Assembly (NCBI GenBank): GCA_013314855.1
Contig: JABUEW010000001.1
Location: 24,377 to 88,376 of the forward strand
DNA length: 64,000 nt
Direction: 5' to 3'
Source of the DNA: Bacillota bacterium
GTDB taxonomy: Bacteria > Bacillota > Clostridia > Acetivibrionales > DUMC01
In this document: positions 10,190 through 19,325 of the stretch, piece after piece
Position numbering within the stretch: the first letter of the stretch is position 1
Layout: every line of letters begins with the position of its first letter
The notes under the pieces: generated by a model
The model's database searches: none
Told to the model about the DNA's origin: nothing
The model's input: only the letters and a program-made list of their open reading frames with translations
Translations under genes and position numbers: made by a program

Positions 10190-11350
10190 CTAAACTTCAA
10201 AGGAAAGGTTAACGGTTATCGAACTTTCTATGCCATACCTTCCTTTTTTATTTACTGTACGCGCACGAATTTGGTTATCGCCTTCTCTAATAGTCCATAT
10301 AAATTCCGGTTCACTCTCTTTCCATTCACCTGTATCAATGCAAACTTGATAATAACTAAAATCGGGATCAGTATTTTTCATCTTTACTTCAAGTTGAAAG
10401 GGCTTCTCTTGTCCATCCACTACTCGAATCTCAATAAAGGTTTGATTAAGGGTGAAGTAAACATCATCAGAATTTGAGGTCCATGTAATATTCGGCCATG
10501 CCCTCTGGATAGGGTATTCATTTACCAGGAGCAAAGGTCCTTCTTTTTCATCGGCAAACATATAATTTTTTTCTCCTGCACCAATTATAACGTATGTATA
10601 AAAATGCATATTCTTGTTTTCTGTAAATCTGGACCATACAGTATAAACATCACTGGTTTTTGATATATACCTATCGGCATAATCCTTACCCATTAAATCT
10701 TCAGCTGCTTTGTAGTGCCTTTTGAGATAACCCTCCAAATCTTCTGGAAGCACATCAGTTACGGTTCTTTCCGGCACCTGTAATACCTTAGATGCTTCTC
10801 CATTAAGCCAGGCTTTTCTTATTTCATAAGCATTTAAAGGTATGCCGTCTTTCTCATAATAACAATCCATATCCGTATCAATAACTGCCCATTTTTTATA
10901 TTCATTAGTCCATACTTCATTAATACAATGACCTGTGTTAATGGCATCTATAGGATCAGGTATATCACTTCCATCGCGAAGAATGGATACAAGTCTTGCA
11001 GGAAAACCCAAAGCAGCACAACATTGTTGATAAACACTTGAATATACTCCACATGCAAAAGTTGCTCCTTTTTCGGCCGCTTCTAATATATCTAGTGCAT
11101 GGCCGCCTTTAGGTACAGGCGACCATCCATGAACCCACCTGCTTTTAACCCATTGTCTAAGTAAATTTAGCTTATCCCAATCAGTCCTTCCGGATTCTAT
11201 TACCCTGTCAAGAGAATATTTGTCAACTAGCATTTTCAGTTTCATTCTATCAAATTCGGGTACTTTAAAGCGGGTGTAGTCTCCAATTATGTTGGCATTA
11301 TTATATTTTGTAATTTTCAATGCTCTTAAACCTTTAAAAGCCTTAATCAT
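10190..11350 (-). CDS. Transglutaminase-core-like Cys-His-Asp protein, paralog II
   Basis: The track ORF starts at 11380. Alignment with paralog I (MERIFKGLKELKIVKYDN vs MIKAFKGLRALKITKYNN) favours ATG at 11350, which overlaps the upstream stop by 8 nt. Motifs present: FACGVYSSVYQQCCAALGFPARLV, NTGHCINEVW, WAVIDTDMD. Confidence 0.65.
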   Translation of the reverse strand: MIKAFKGLRALKITKYNNANIIGDYTRFKVPEFDRMKLKMLVDKYSLDRVIESGRTDWDKLNLLRQWVKSRWVHGWSPVPKGGHALDILEAAEKGATFACGVYSSVYQQCCAALGFPARLVSILRDGSDIPDPIDAINTGHCINEVWTNEYKKWAVIDTDMDCYYEKDGIPLNAYEIRKAWLNGEASKVLQVPERTVTDVLPEDLEGYLKRHYKAAEDLMGKDYADRYISKTSDVYTVWSRFTENKNMHFYTYVIIGAGEKNYMFADEKEGPLLLVNEYPIQRAWPNITWTSNSDDVYFTLNQTFIEIRVVDGQEKPFQLEVKMKNTDPDFSYYQVCIDTGEWKESEPEFIWTIREGDNQIRARTVNKKGRYGIESSITVNLSFEV

Positions 11351-12950
11351 ATTTAATCTCTCCTTTATGTTTTTCCCCATTTAACAAAGTATAAAGTTCA
11401 GGCCTCCTTGCTTCCATAATTCTATTCCTAAAATTAAAGTCTTTTATTACCTTTCCTTCTCTATACACAAAACTAACTTTTTCCCTCACTGCATTCATGT
11501 CTATTTGAGCTATATATGCCCCTTCAAGGTCATAGTTAGATGCGAAAACGGTTTCACCAGTAGCGTCAATAATATTACTACGAAGTTTCACCTGAGAAGA
11601 TGGAAATGCACATGTTACTATATAAGCACAGTTCTCAATTGCCCAAGCCCTGAAAACCCCTTCATTTATTGAATTAGCATCGTAACCCCAACTTTGGGTT
11701 TGATTTATTATTATTTCTGCACCTTTTAAACCTAGTATTCTGGGTATTTCTTGACAATATGAATCGGCACAAATTACAAACCCGACTTTGCCGAAATCAA
11801 GTTCTACAATCTCTATTTCAATACCCGTAGGTAATTCCTTATTATACATCATGGTGCATGTATTTACCTTTTCATACTTGTGTATAATATTACCGCTGCG
11901 ATCAAACAGTAATGTAGTATTTATCCCGTCAAAACAGTCGTTTACAGCGATATAGCATTTATTATTTCTTGCACACGCAGAATACATACTTATTTTCTCA
12001 TCCTGAAATTCAACCTTTATTCTACCTTTAGGGTTATATTCCATAGTTGAAAATTCCGAGCATATAACTATATCACATTTGGATGCTATGCTATTTATAT
12101 AATCACACTGCTTTATATACCAGCTTTTTTCATTACTAGATATAGTATCACTATAACTCATCTGAACAAATCCTATTACAGGCTTTTCAACTGAATATAC
12201 TTTTTTTTCATATGTACTACTTTTCAATATATCTTTAAATATACCTCTTTGGTTTTGATGGTATACTATACTTCCATAGCCGTAAATATATTTCTCAATT
12301 TGTCTTTTCTTTGAAAGATCAATTTCACAAATAATAAAACCTTTTTCTCTTCCCGTGGAAGCGATAACATCCCCTCTCAAATCATAAACAGCAGCCCTGC
12401 CTGTATGCCTTCCTAATCCATTAGAATTAAAACTCTTCTCCAATTGTTCAATAGAATACCCATTTTCTCTGTTCAGCAACTCATAATTATTTGTCATATA
12501 CATACCTGTATGGCTTGCATATGCCGAGGCTGCTACATAAAAGTAGTCAGCAATAGCCCTGCCTCTTAACAGATAATTCTGTTCCGTATCATCTCTTAAA
12601 GGCCAGACACCTAAAGAACATAGTAAAATTTCTGCACCCTTAATGGAATATATTTCAGCTAGTTCAGGAATAAATATATCGGTTCCCGCCATTAAACCGA
12701 CTTTACCAAAGTCCAACTCAAAAACTGGCATATCACTGCCTAATGCTAAGTCAATGTCGAGCCCCTCAATTTTATGAGTTTTAACATATTCTCCAATAAA
12801 TCGGCCATCTCTGCCGATAATTTTTGAAATGCAAGCATTTCTTCCATTATTTCTTACAAGTGTATTATATACTACATAGCAATTGTTTTCTCTGGCATGT
12901 TTAGAAAATAGCTCCTCTTTTATCTTAATAGTATGAATTCGAAAACCCAT
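11343..12950 (-). CDS. Tandem-domain carbon-nitrogen hydrolase (nitrilase superfamily); first domain truncated and degenerate
   Basis: 535 aa. Domain 2 has ICSEFS (Glu), YEKVNT (Lys) and DFGKVGFVICADSYC (Cys). Domain 1 aligns only from the middle of the fold and has DFGKVGLMAGTD, with no Cys. Confidence 0.65.
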   Translation of the reverse strand: MGFRIHTIKIKEELFSKHARENNCYVVYNTLVRNNGRNACISKIIGRDGRFIGEYVKTHKIEGLDIDLALGSDMPVFELDFGKVGLMAGTDIFIPELAEIYSIKGAEILLCSLGVWPLRDDTEQNYLLRGRAIADYFYVAASAYASHTGMYMTNNYELLNRENGYSIEQLEKSFNSNGLGRHTGRAAVYDLRGDVIASTGREKGFIICEIDLSKKRQIEKYIYGYGSIVYHQNQRGIFKDILKSSTYEKKVYSVEKPVIGFVQMSYSDTISSNEKSWYIKQCDYINSIASKCDIVICSEFSTMEYNPKGRIKVEFQDEKISMYSACARNNKCYIAVNDCFDGINTTLLFDRSGNIIHKYEKVNTCTMMYNKELPTGIEIEIVELDFGKVGFVICADSYCQEIPRILGLKGAEIIINQTQSWGYDANSINEGVFRAWAIENCAYIVTCAFPSSQVKLRSNIIDATGETVFASNYDLEGAYIAQIDMNAVREKVSFVYREGKVIKDFNFRNRIMEARRPELYTLLNGEKHKGEIKYD

Positions 12951-13038
12951 AAGGCTTCCGTTTATTATATTTCAGAGATAAGTATTTTTAACTTACCTCC
13001 AGAAATCCACTAATATATTCCATTAAATTTTCCAGCTA
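12933..13038 (-). promoter_or_regulatory. Leader/promoter repeat, copy x (homologous to 22915..23018 and partly to 19326..19393)
   Basis: Nucleotide alignment by eye finds the shared blocks ATG.ATTCGAAAAC, CTTACCTCCA, ATTCCAT and TTTTCCAG. It contains the ATG used by the CN-hydrolase ORF. Confidence 0.6.
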
Positions 13039-13104
13039 TATTTACTAAATTGTAACAAAATATGGGTCCAATCTCTCTTGACAAACGTCTGTTCCCCCCC
13101 ATAA

Positions 13105-14649
13105 TTGAAGTGGATGGTATTTTTTACCATTACTTTGATTACGGAGGTTTTATTTATGCTGCGTGATTGGCCCTCCCACGAGGAGTACCAGAAAAATCTT
13201 CTTTTGCACCTAGTCTTTTTCTACTTGACCGATAGGGAAAGGGTGGTTGAGTTGAAAGAGTCTATTTCCAAACTCTTTATGCTCAACCTTGACCTGGCTT
13301 ACCCTATCCTCAAACCGCTATATTCCAATACCGGACGTCCGGCTAAGAATCAGCAAGGTATTATCCGCTCCTTAGTCCTTATGCTTGACCAGGGTGAGCA
13401 TGACATACCTAAGTGGGCAGCCAGAGTCGCCAGTGATAAGCTGCTTTGCGCTATATGTGGGTTTGAATATGGCAAAGCGCCATCCTTCAGCTCATATTAC
13501 GATTTGACCAAGCGACTCTGGCAAGCCTCTCATGAAGTGCAGGTAGCCAGAAAGAAAAAGCTCCGCACTTTTAAGCCTAAGCCCCGCAAGAAGCCTGGGG
13601 CCGGTAAAAAATATGTCCTCTTGAGACATAATGGCGTTGTTAAAAAGTTCGCCTCTCTTGCAATCCGGGACAAACTCCCCGAGTATCGCCCTGAGATAGT
13701 TTTGCAGAAGCTCCTGGCCAGATGTGTTGTCGATACTTCCCTTAAAATGGGCATCCTTGGCAACCCCAAAAGCTTCTCTATCTCTAATGACGGCACTCCC
13801 TATTATTCAGGTGCCAGCCACTATGGTGTAAAAGTCTGTGATTGCAAATCCAAGGGGATCTTTGACTGCAAGTGCAAAAGACGCTATTCCGACCTCGATG
13901 CTACTTGGGGTTGGGACAGCTACCGCGAACAGTGGTTCTACGGCGATACACTGTTTGTTTGCACTGCAGCAGACAGCCCCTACGACTTGCCTATTTATCT
14001 TCGCAAAGCTCAAGCTCAAAGACATGACAGCATTATTGCCATTTTCGCACTGGATGAAGTCAGAAAGCTTTACCCGGACATTACCTTTAAGAATTATTTA
14101 GCTGATGGCTCCATGGACAATTACCCTACCTATAAGCTCCTCCAGCACCATAACATGATCCCTTTTATCCCTCTCGACTCCAATGCCAAGTTCCCGGATA
14201 AGAATCTGCCTGCTGGAGTCCTTTGCTTTGATGATAAGGGAAACCCTATTTGCATGGGTGGTATACCTTATCAAAACTGCGGATACTCTTATCCTAAAGG
14301 TATCAAATACAGGTGTTGGTTTGACTACTATAGGATTGATAAACCTTGCAGCTGCAGCAACAGCCCCTATGGTAGAACCATTTATATTAAACCGGACTAT
14401 GATCCAAGGCTTTTCCCTCCCGTATCCCGCAACTCCGATACCTTCATAGAGACGCTTAAGCGTCGGACTACAGTGGAACGTAGTCATAAAAGGCTTTTTA
14501 AAGACTACGATATTGAAGCGGGAAACTGCCGTAGTTCAAAAGAGCGTTTTATGCGGGCTACCATGGCTGCTATCAATATACACCTGGATGCCTGGATTAA
14601 GCACACCGGATTCAGTATTATTACTTCGCTTGAAGAACTGGCCGGTTAA
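13105..14649 (+). mobile_element. Insertion sequence with an intact DDE transposase (IS5/IS1182-like; DUF772-type N-terminus plus DDE_Tnp_1-type core); termini not resolved
   Basis: The likely true start is ATG at 13156 (GGAGG 9 nt upstream; MLRDWPSHEEY...). Has GRPAKNQQGIIRSLVLMLDQG, DATWGWDSYREQWFYG, LADGSMDNYPTYKLL and RRTTVERSHKRLFKDY. It is the only + strand gene in a 50-kb minus-strand run. Confidence 0.8.
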
Positions 14650-14835
14650 GTTGCTTAACGTACTTAATAATTAAATCAACTTTTTAAGCTTTAACCCCCC
14701 AAATACAATGGGTTAGCCTTGCTATGCGCTTTTTTCCCTTTACACCTGATTATACACGCAGCATATTCTGTTTTCAATGTCCACTTAATGTATATTGCTG
14801 GATTAATATCCTCTTACTTACACTTTTCTAGTTTA

Positions 14836-15588
14836 CTACAAGACTTCCATCCTACTTTTCGAATTCATACAAACAGTTTTTATTCCATCCTCAAAAATGT
14901 TTTTTCTATCACCGGCATCAGTAAATACATCACATATATTCATTATTTCTATATCCTGAAAATACTCAGGAGCATTGGAGCCGAAAACAACTTTCCCCTG
15001 AATATTATTTATTTTCTAATGACAAAAGTTGGCAGGCCCATTCCGTGAAGTTTCAATCCACAGGTTATCTGCAAATTCAAGTGCCCTTATTGTATCATTG
15101 TAATAGTCGCTGGCACCACCGTGCCCCATAATAAAATTTACATGTTGGAAAAGCCTGGCAAGTTCAGCAGCATGAAAAGGTTCGGCTATACCTGCCGTAC
15201 CTGTATGCACGTAAACAGGCACCTTATATTCGTCCGCTATTTCCAATAGCGGATATACCAGGGGATCTGCCAACCGGAAACCATGAATAACAGGATGAAG
15301 TTTAAGTCCCATCAACCCATCATCAAGTGCTTTCCGTAGTTCATCACAAGCTTCCTTGCCAAACCATGGGTTCACTGACGCCATTCCTGCAAACCTATCC
15401 GGATGATTTTTTACTGCACCTGCAATTAATTTATTTCCTTCTCTGTTTGCAACAGTCAAATACCTATCCATTGGACAAGTTATGGCAAAATCTACTCCTG
15501 CTTTATCCATTTGTTTCAGTAGTGTATATTCGTCAAGCTGCATTTTTATACCATTCCCTAAATGTACATGGCAATCAATTTTTTTCAT
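14836..15588 (-). pseudogene. Amidohydro_2-type metal-dependent hydrolase interrupted by a single in-frame TAG (15016..15018)
   Basis: The track ORF 15016..15588 ends ...ETSRNGPANFCH*. The same frame continues as KINNIQGKVVFGSNAPEYFQDIEIMNICDVFTDAGDRKNIFEDGIKTVCMNSKSRMEVL* to 14836. The combined 250 codons align gap-free with the 248-aa paralog 33891..34637 (DTSHNLSSAILGLIQAAGEDRVIFGSNMP). Confidence 0.75.
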
Positions 15589-15614
15589 ATATTGTTACCT
15601 CTTTTCTTATCCTT

Positions 15615-16508
15615 TTATCCCTTAATAGACCCTATCATAATACCTTTTATAAAGTATTTTTGTAAAAATGGATAAATACATATTATGGGTCCAATTACCA
15701 CAATAATCATGGCATATTTTACTTGCTGCATTACTCCAACTCCACCTACCAAAAAATCATCTATAAACTTCATATTGTTGACAAACTCATTAGATGACTC
15801 GATTAATACACGTTTTAAATACAACTGCACAGGTTGAATATTCTTGTTTGGTGCATAAATCATAGCATTAAACCATGCATTCCAGTGGCCTACTGCATAA
15901 AATAATACAAGTACCGCCAGAATAGGTTTTGATAAAGGTAACATGATCTTGAGAAAAATACTGAAATGCCCTGCCCCATCAATAACGGCAGATTCATAAA
16001 GGCTTTCAGGTATATTATTAAAAAAGGTGCGGGTAATAAATATATACCAGGCACCAACCGCAGAAGGCAAAACAACCGCCCACCGGGTATTATACAACCC
16101 AAGCTGTGTAATATTTATAAATTGAGGAATAAGTCCGCCCCCAAAAAACATTGTAATTGTAATAATAATCAACATGAATTTTTTAATTATAAAATCTCTC
16201 CTTGATAGAGGATAGGCTGCAAGCACTGTCATAGCAACATTAATTGATGTCCCAACTATGGTATACCAGAGCGTGTTATAATAAGCCAATAATAACATCG
16301 GATCATCAAGTATGTATTTGTAAGCCTGGAGAGAAAATCCCTTAGGCAACAGCCATATTTCCTGTTTGATTATATATACCGGATTACTAATTGAAGTGCT
16401 TAAAACATAAATGAATGGATATAAAGTTGCAACAAAAGCTAAAAATGCTAATACATAACATGCCCATAAAAAAACCATATCAGTTTTATTTGATTCTTTC
16501 ATGCTCAT
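15615..16508 (-). CDS. ABC sugar-importer permease (LplC/YtcP-like, BPD_transp_1)
   Basis: 297 aa, multi-TM, with the EAA-type loop ESAVIDGAGHFSIFLKIMLPLSKP. Confidence 0.85.
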   Translation of the reverse strand: MSMKESNKTDMVFLWACYVLAFLAFVATLYPFIYVLSTSISNPVYIIKQEIWLLPKGFSLQAYKYILDDPMLLLAYYNTLWYTIVGTSINVAMTVLAAYPLSRRDFIIKKFMLIIITITMFFGGGLIPQFINITQLGLYNTRWAVVLPSAVGAWYIFITRTFFNNIPESLYESAVIDGAGHFSIFLKIMLPLSKPILAVLVLFYAVGHWNAWFNAMIYAPNKNIQPVQLYLKRVLIESSNEFVNNMKFIDDFLVGGVGVMQQVKYAMIIVVIGPIICIYPFLQKYFIKGIMIGSIKG

Positions 16509-16523
16509 TACATGTTACCTCCT

Positions 16524-17450
16524 TTACCATAGTGATATTTCAGATACTTTTCTGCTAATAGCATTAGCAGTTACCAAAAATAAACAATTTATAACAGAAT
16601 TAAAAAGACCAACTGCTGCACCATAACTATATTTCAGTCCTACTAGACCCTGCCTGTATGTAAAAGTGGATATGACGTCAGCTACATTATATGTTGCAGG
16701 GTTATATAACAGGATTATTTTTTCAAATCCTACACTCATAATATTTCCTAAGTTTAAAATCAATAAAATGATTATAGTTGGAACAATCCCCGGTATTGTT
16801 ATGTAAAATATCTGCTTTAACCGGTTAGCACCATCTAATCTTGCTGCTTCATATAGCTGTTCATCAATTCCTGTTATAGCTGCAAGATAAATTATAGATC
16901 CCCATCCGAAAGATTGCCATATTCCTGAACTGATATATATAAACCTGAAATATTTAGAGTTCAATAAATAATTTTCAGGCGTGCCTCCAAAAAGCTGAAC
17001 CACCTTTGATACAATTCCAGTTTGAGGCGATAAAAAATTAACTATCATACCACAAACGATTACTACTGAAATAAAATGAGGAAGATAGCTAACAGTCTGT
17101 ACAACCTTTTTATAAGCCTTATGTTTAATCTCATTTAAAATAAGTGCAAAACCTATTGGAAAAGGAAAGCCAAAAACCAAGCCATAGAAACTTATCAAAA
17201 ATGTATTTTTAATTAGACGAAAGAAGAAAGCAGATGAAAAAAACAATTTGAAATTATCCAGACCAATCCAGGGACTTCCCCATATCCCCAGGCCCGGGTT
17301 AAAGTCCTTAAATGCAATAATAACTCCATACATGGGTTTATAATGAAAAATAATATAATATATGATTACAGGAGTTACCATAAGTAAAAGTGCCTTATCC
17401 CTTTTTGCTTTTTTAATAAATAAATTCATTTTATTACTTATATTCTGCAT
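16524..17450 (-). CDS. ABC sugar-importer permease (LplB/YteP-like)
   Basis: Has EAARLDGANRLKQIFYITIPGI. Start moved to ATG 17450 (MQNISNK...) by analogy with paralog 45220..46188 (MQNRIAL...). Confidence 0.85.
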   Translation of the reverse strand: MQNISNKMNLFIKKAKRDKALLLMVTPVIIYYIIFHYKPMYGVIIAFKDFNPGLGIWGSPWIGLDNFKLFFSSAFFFRLIKNTFLISFYGLVFGFPFPIGFALILNEIKHKAYKKVVQTVSYLPHFISVVIVCGMIVNFLSPQTGIVSKVVQLFGGTPENYLLNSKYFRFIYISSGIWQSFGWGSIIYLAAITGIDEQLYEAARLDGANRLKQIFYITIPGIVPTIIILLILNLGNIMSVGFEKIILLYNPATYNVADVISTFTYRQGLVGLKYSYGAAVGLFNSVINCLFLVTANAISRKVSEISLW

Positions 17451-17564
17451 TATAAATACATTCCTTTCACTGTGCTTCAAATATATAAACTAATTAAATT
17501 GTATTTACAAATATTTTCAGTATTATGTATTATATTTTATTTATTTTATCCAGATAATATTTAA

Positions 17565-17612
17565 GAAAGCCAAATCAGACAAGCAATTAATATACCTGCC
17601 TGATTTGGTTTC
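17565..17612 (-). terminator. Intercistronic hairpin between the SBP and permease genes (attenuator or mRNA stabiliser)
   Basis: Minus-strand RNA reads GGAAACCAAAUCAG-21 nt loop-CUGAUUUGGCUUUC. That is 14 bp with 1 mismatch and 1 G.U, followed by UUAAAUAUUAU. There is no clean U-run. Confidence 0.35.
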
Positions 17613-17658
17613 CTTTACACTTTTAAATAATTAATTTAACGTTAACTTTTACTTAACC

Positions 17659-19302
17659 TTACTTTATATTAGCCTTAAAAGCATCATAAATTTGTTGTTT
17701 AACCTTTAGAACTTCATCAATACCCATACTTTTCAGTTTGTTAACATAGGCATCAAAATTATCCAGGCTGTCAGCTCCAATAATGAAATTTACAACAGCT
17801 TCATCTCTATAAGTTCTGATATCTGCCATATACTGTTCAATAACTTTATTCTGTTCTATTGAGGAATGAGCTGCAGGAAATGCAGATACCAGATATGGAA
17901 GCCTTTTTTTCACGAAATCTATGCTGCCTTCTTTTAGAGCACCGACTCTAATAGAATCCTGCCAACTGTAATTAAATGCTTCCAACAAATAAATAAAAGG
18001 CAGAGCAGGATAAGTTCCATCAGATATTTTTACTTCATTTGGCGTTAAACCCTTTTCTTTAGATATATTTAAGACTTTATCGCTATTTATCATTTGTTCT
18101 CCGCTGATTGTGTAATGGTATCCTTCTATTCCAAGCATCAGCAGTTTTGCAGTTTCAGGATTAAATGCTAGGTTATCCAGCCATTTCATTGCTATTTCGG
18201 GATACTTGCATGCAGATGTAATAGATGCGCTGAAACCCCATGCAGGATCCTGTATGGCAAATTTATTGTATCCTTCCGGTCCCTGGGCAAAAGGCGTTAA
18301 AACATACTTATCTTCCTTTTCACCGGCAGCCATTAAAGTAGTATTCTGTACCATTGGACCAAACCCACAGGTAGCACCAATAATATTTTGAGATATCTTT
18401 GCATTCAACTGATCCCTATTCTGAGTGGTAAATTCATTGTCCAAAATCTTCTCATCATATAATTTTTTCAGCCATGCCAGTACATCCTTGAATTTAGGGT
18501 CGATATATTCAAATGTAACTTTTCCATCAGGATTTGGGAAAAAACCATCTGTGGATAATACATGTACATCCCATGCATCTGCAAAAGTCAATACCCAAGC
18601 CCACAAATCAGTGGAAAGGGGTATTTCATCCGTTGGATCTCCGTTTCCATTCATGTCCTGCTTTTTGAATTCTGATAATATTATATACCAGTCATCAATA
18701 GTTTTTGGTATTTCTCTGTTGATTTTTTTCAACCAATTTTCCCTAATCATGTAGGCAGCAGGAAAATATTGGTTATTCACTGTCGCATCTCCATAAATGA
18801 CAGGTATTGCACCATCAGGAGTACGAAGGGATGCTGCATATTTAGGATTGTTGGCAAAGTGTTTTTTTGCATATACACCTACTTTCTCAATCAAAGGTGC
18901 ATGATCAACAATAACCTTGGACTCATACAGACTCAGAATGTCTCCAACCGGAGTCAATATATCCGGCATATCTGTATTTGCAGCAATCCGCGTACCAACA
19001 ATTGTGTTGTAATCAGCTGCCGGATAAGCATCGAATTTCACCTTGATTCCTGTCCTTTTCTCAAGCTCCTGCCATACCAAAGGATAATCATTCATACTTA
19101 CATATTTAGTGTACCTGTCCATACATACAACAGTAAGAACAACATCTTCCTCAGCAACTGTACCTGGTTCACCGGTTTTTGATGTTGCCGTCTCATCTTT
19201 TTGTTTTGTTGCTACTTTTCCAATCTGACAGGCAGATAGCACAGCTGTCATTAGAAAAATAAAGCAAACAATAAACACAACTTCTCTTAATGATTTTTTC
19301 AT
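17659..19302 (-). CDS. Extracellular solute-binding lipoprotein of the ABC importer (LplA-like, SBP_bac_1)
   Basis: The track ORF extends to 19431 through the leader repeat. ATG at 19302 has an AAGGAGG RBS and gives MKKSLREVVFIVCFIFLMTAVLSACQ, a lipoprotein signal with an LSAC lipobox. Confidence 0.85.
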   Translation of the reverse strand: MKKSLREVVFIVCFIFLMTAVLSACQIGKVATKQKDETATSKTGEPGTVAEEDVVLTVVCMDRYTKYVSMNDYPLVWQELEKRTGIKVKFDAYPAADYNTIVGTRIAANTDMPDILTPVGDILSLYESKVIVDHAPLIEKVGVYAKKHFANNPKYAASLRTPDGAIPVIYGDATVNNQYFPAAYMIRENWLKKINREIPKTIDDWYIILSEFKKQDMNGNGDPTDEIPLSTDLWAWVLTFADAWDVHVLSTDGFFPNPDGKVTFEYIDPKFKDVLAWLKKLYDEKILDNEFTTQNRDQLNAKISQNIIGATCGFGPMVQNTTLMAAGEKEDKYVLTPFAQGPEGYNKFAIQDPAWGFSASITSACKYPEIAMKWLDNLAFNPETAKLLMLGIEGYHYTISGEQMINSDKVLNISKEKGLTPNEVKISDGTYPALPFIYLLEAFNYSWQDSIRVGALKEGSIDFVKKRLPYLVSAFPAAHSSIEQNKVIEQYMADIRTYRDEAVVNFIIGADSLDNFDAYVNKLKSMGIDEVLKVKQQIYDAFKANIK

Positions 19303-19325
19303 AACATATAACCTCCTTTTAAATT

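Noticed and set aside
13039-14835. Terminal inverted repeats and target duplication of the intact IS
   Set aside because: The only by-eye candidates are weak: ATAATTGAAGTGGA at 13091 vs the reverse complement of TCCACTTAATGTAT near 14780, and C-runs at 13084 and 14695. They give no matching flanking duplication, so I report the transposase gene only and leave the ends undefined.
15016-15018. The in-frame TAG as a pyrrolysine or other recoded codon
   Set aside because: TAG terminates other genes in the window (ald at 906, the Gfo gene at 58019). No pyl genes or methylamine methyltransferase context are visible, and the gene lies beside an IS in a visibly decaying region. A nonsense mutation is the simpler reading. 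This is kept as a finding only because the downstream frame is still intact.
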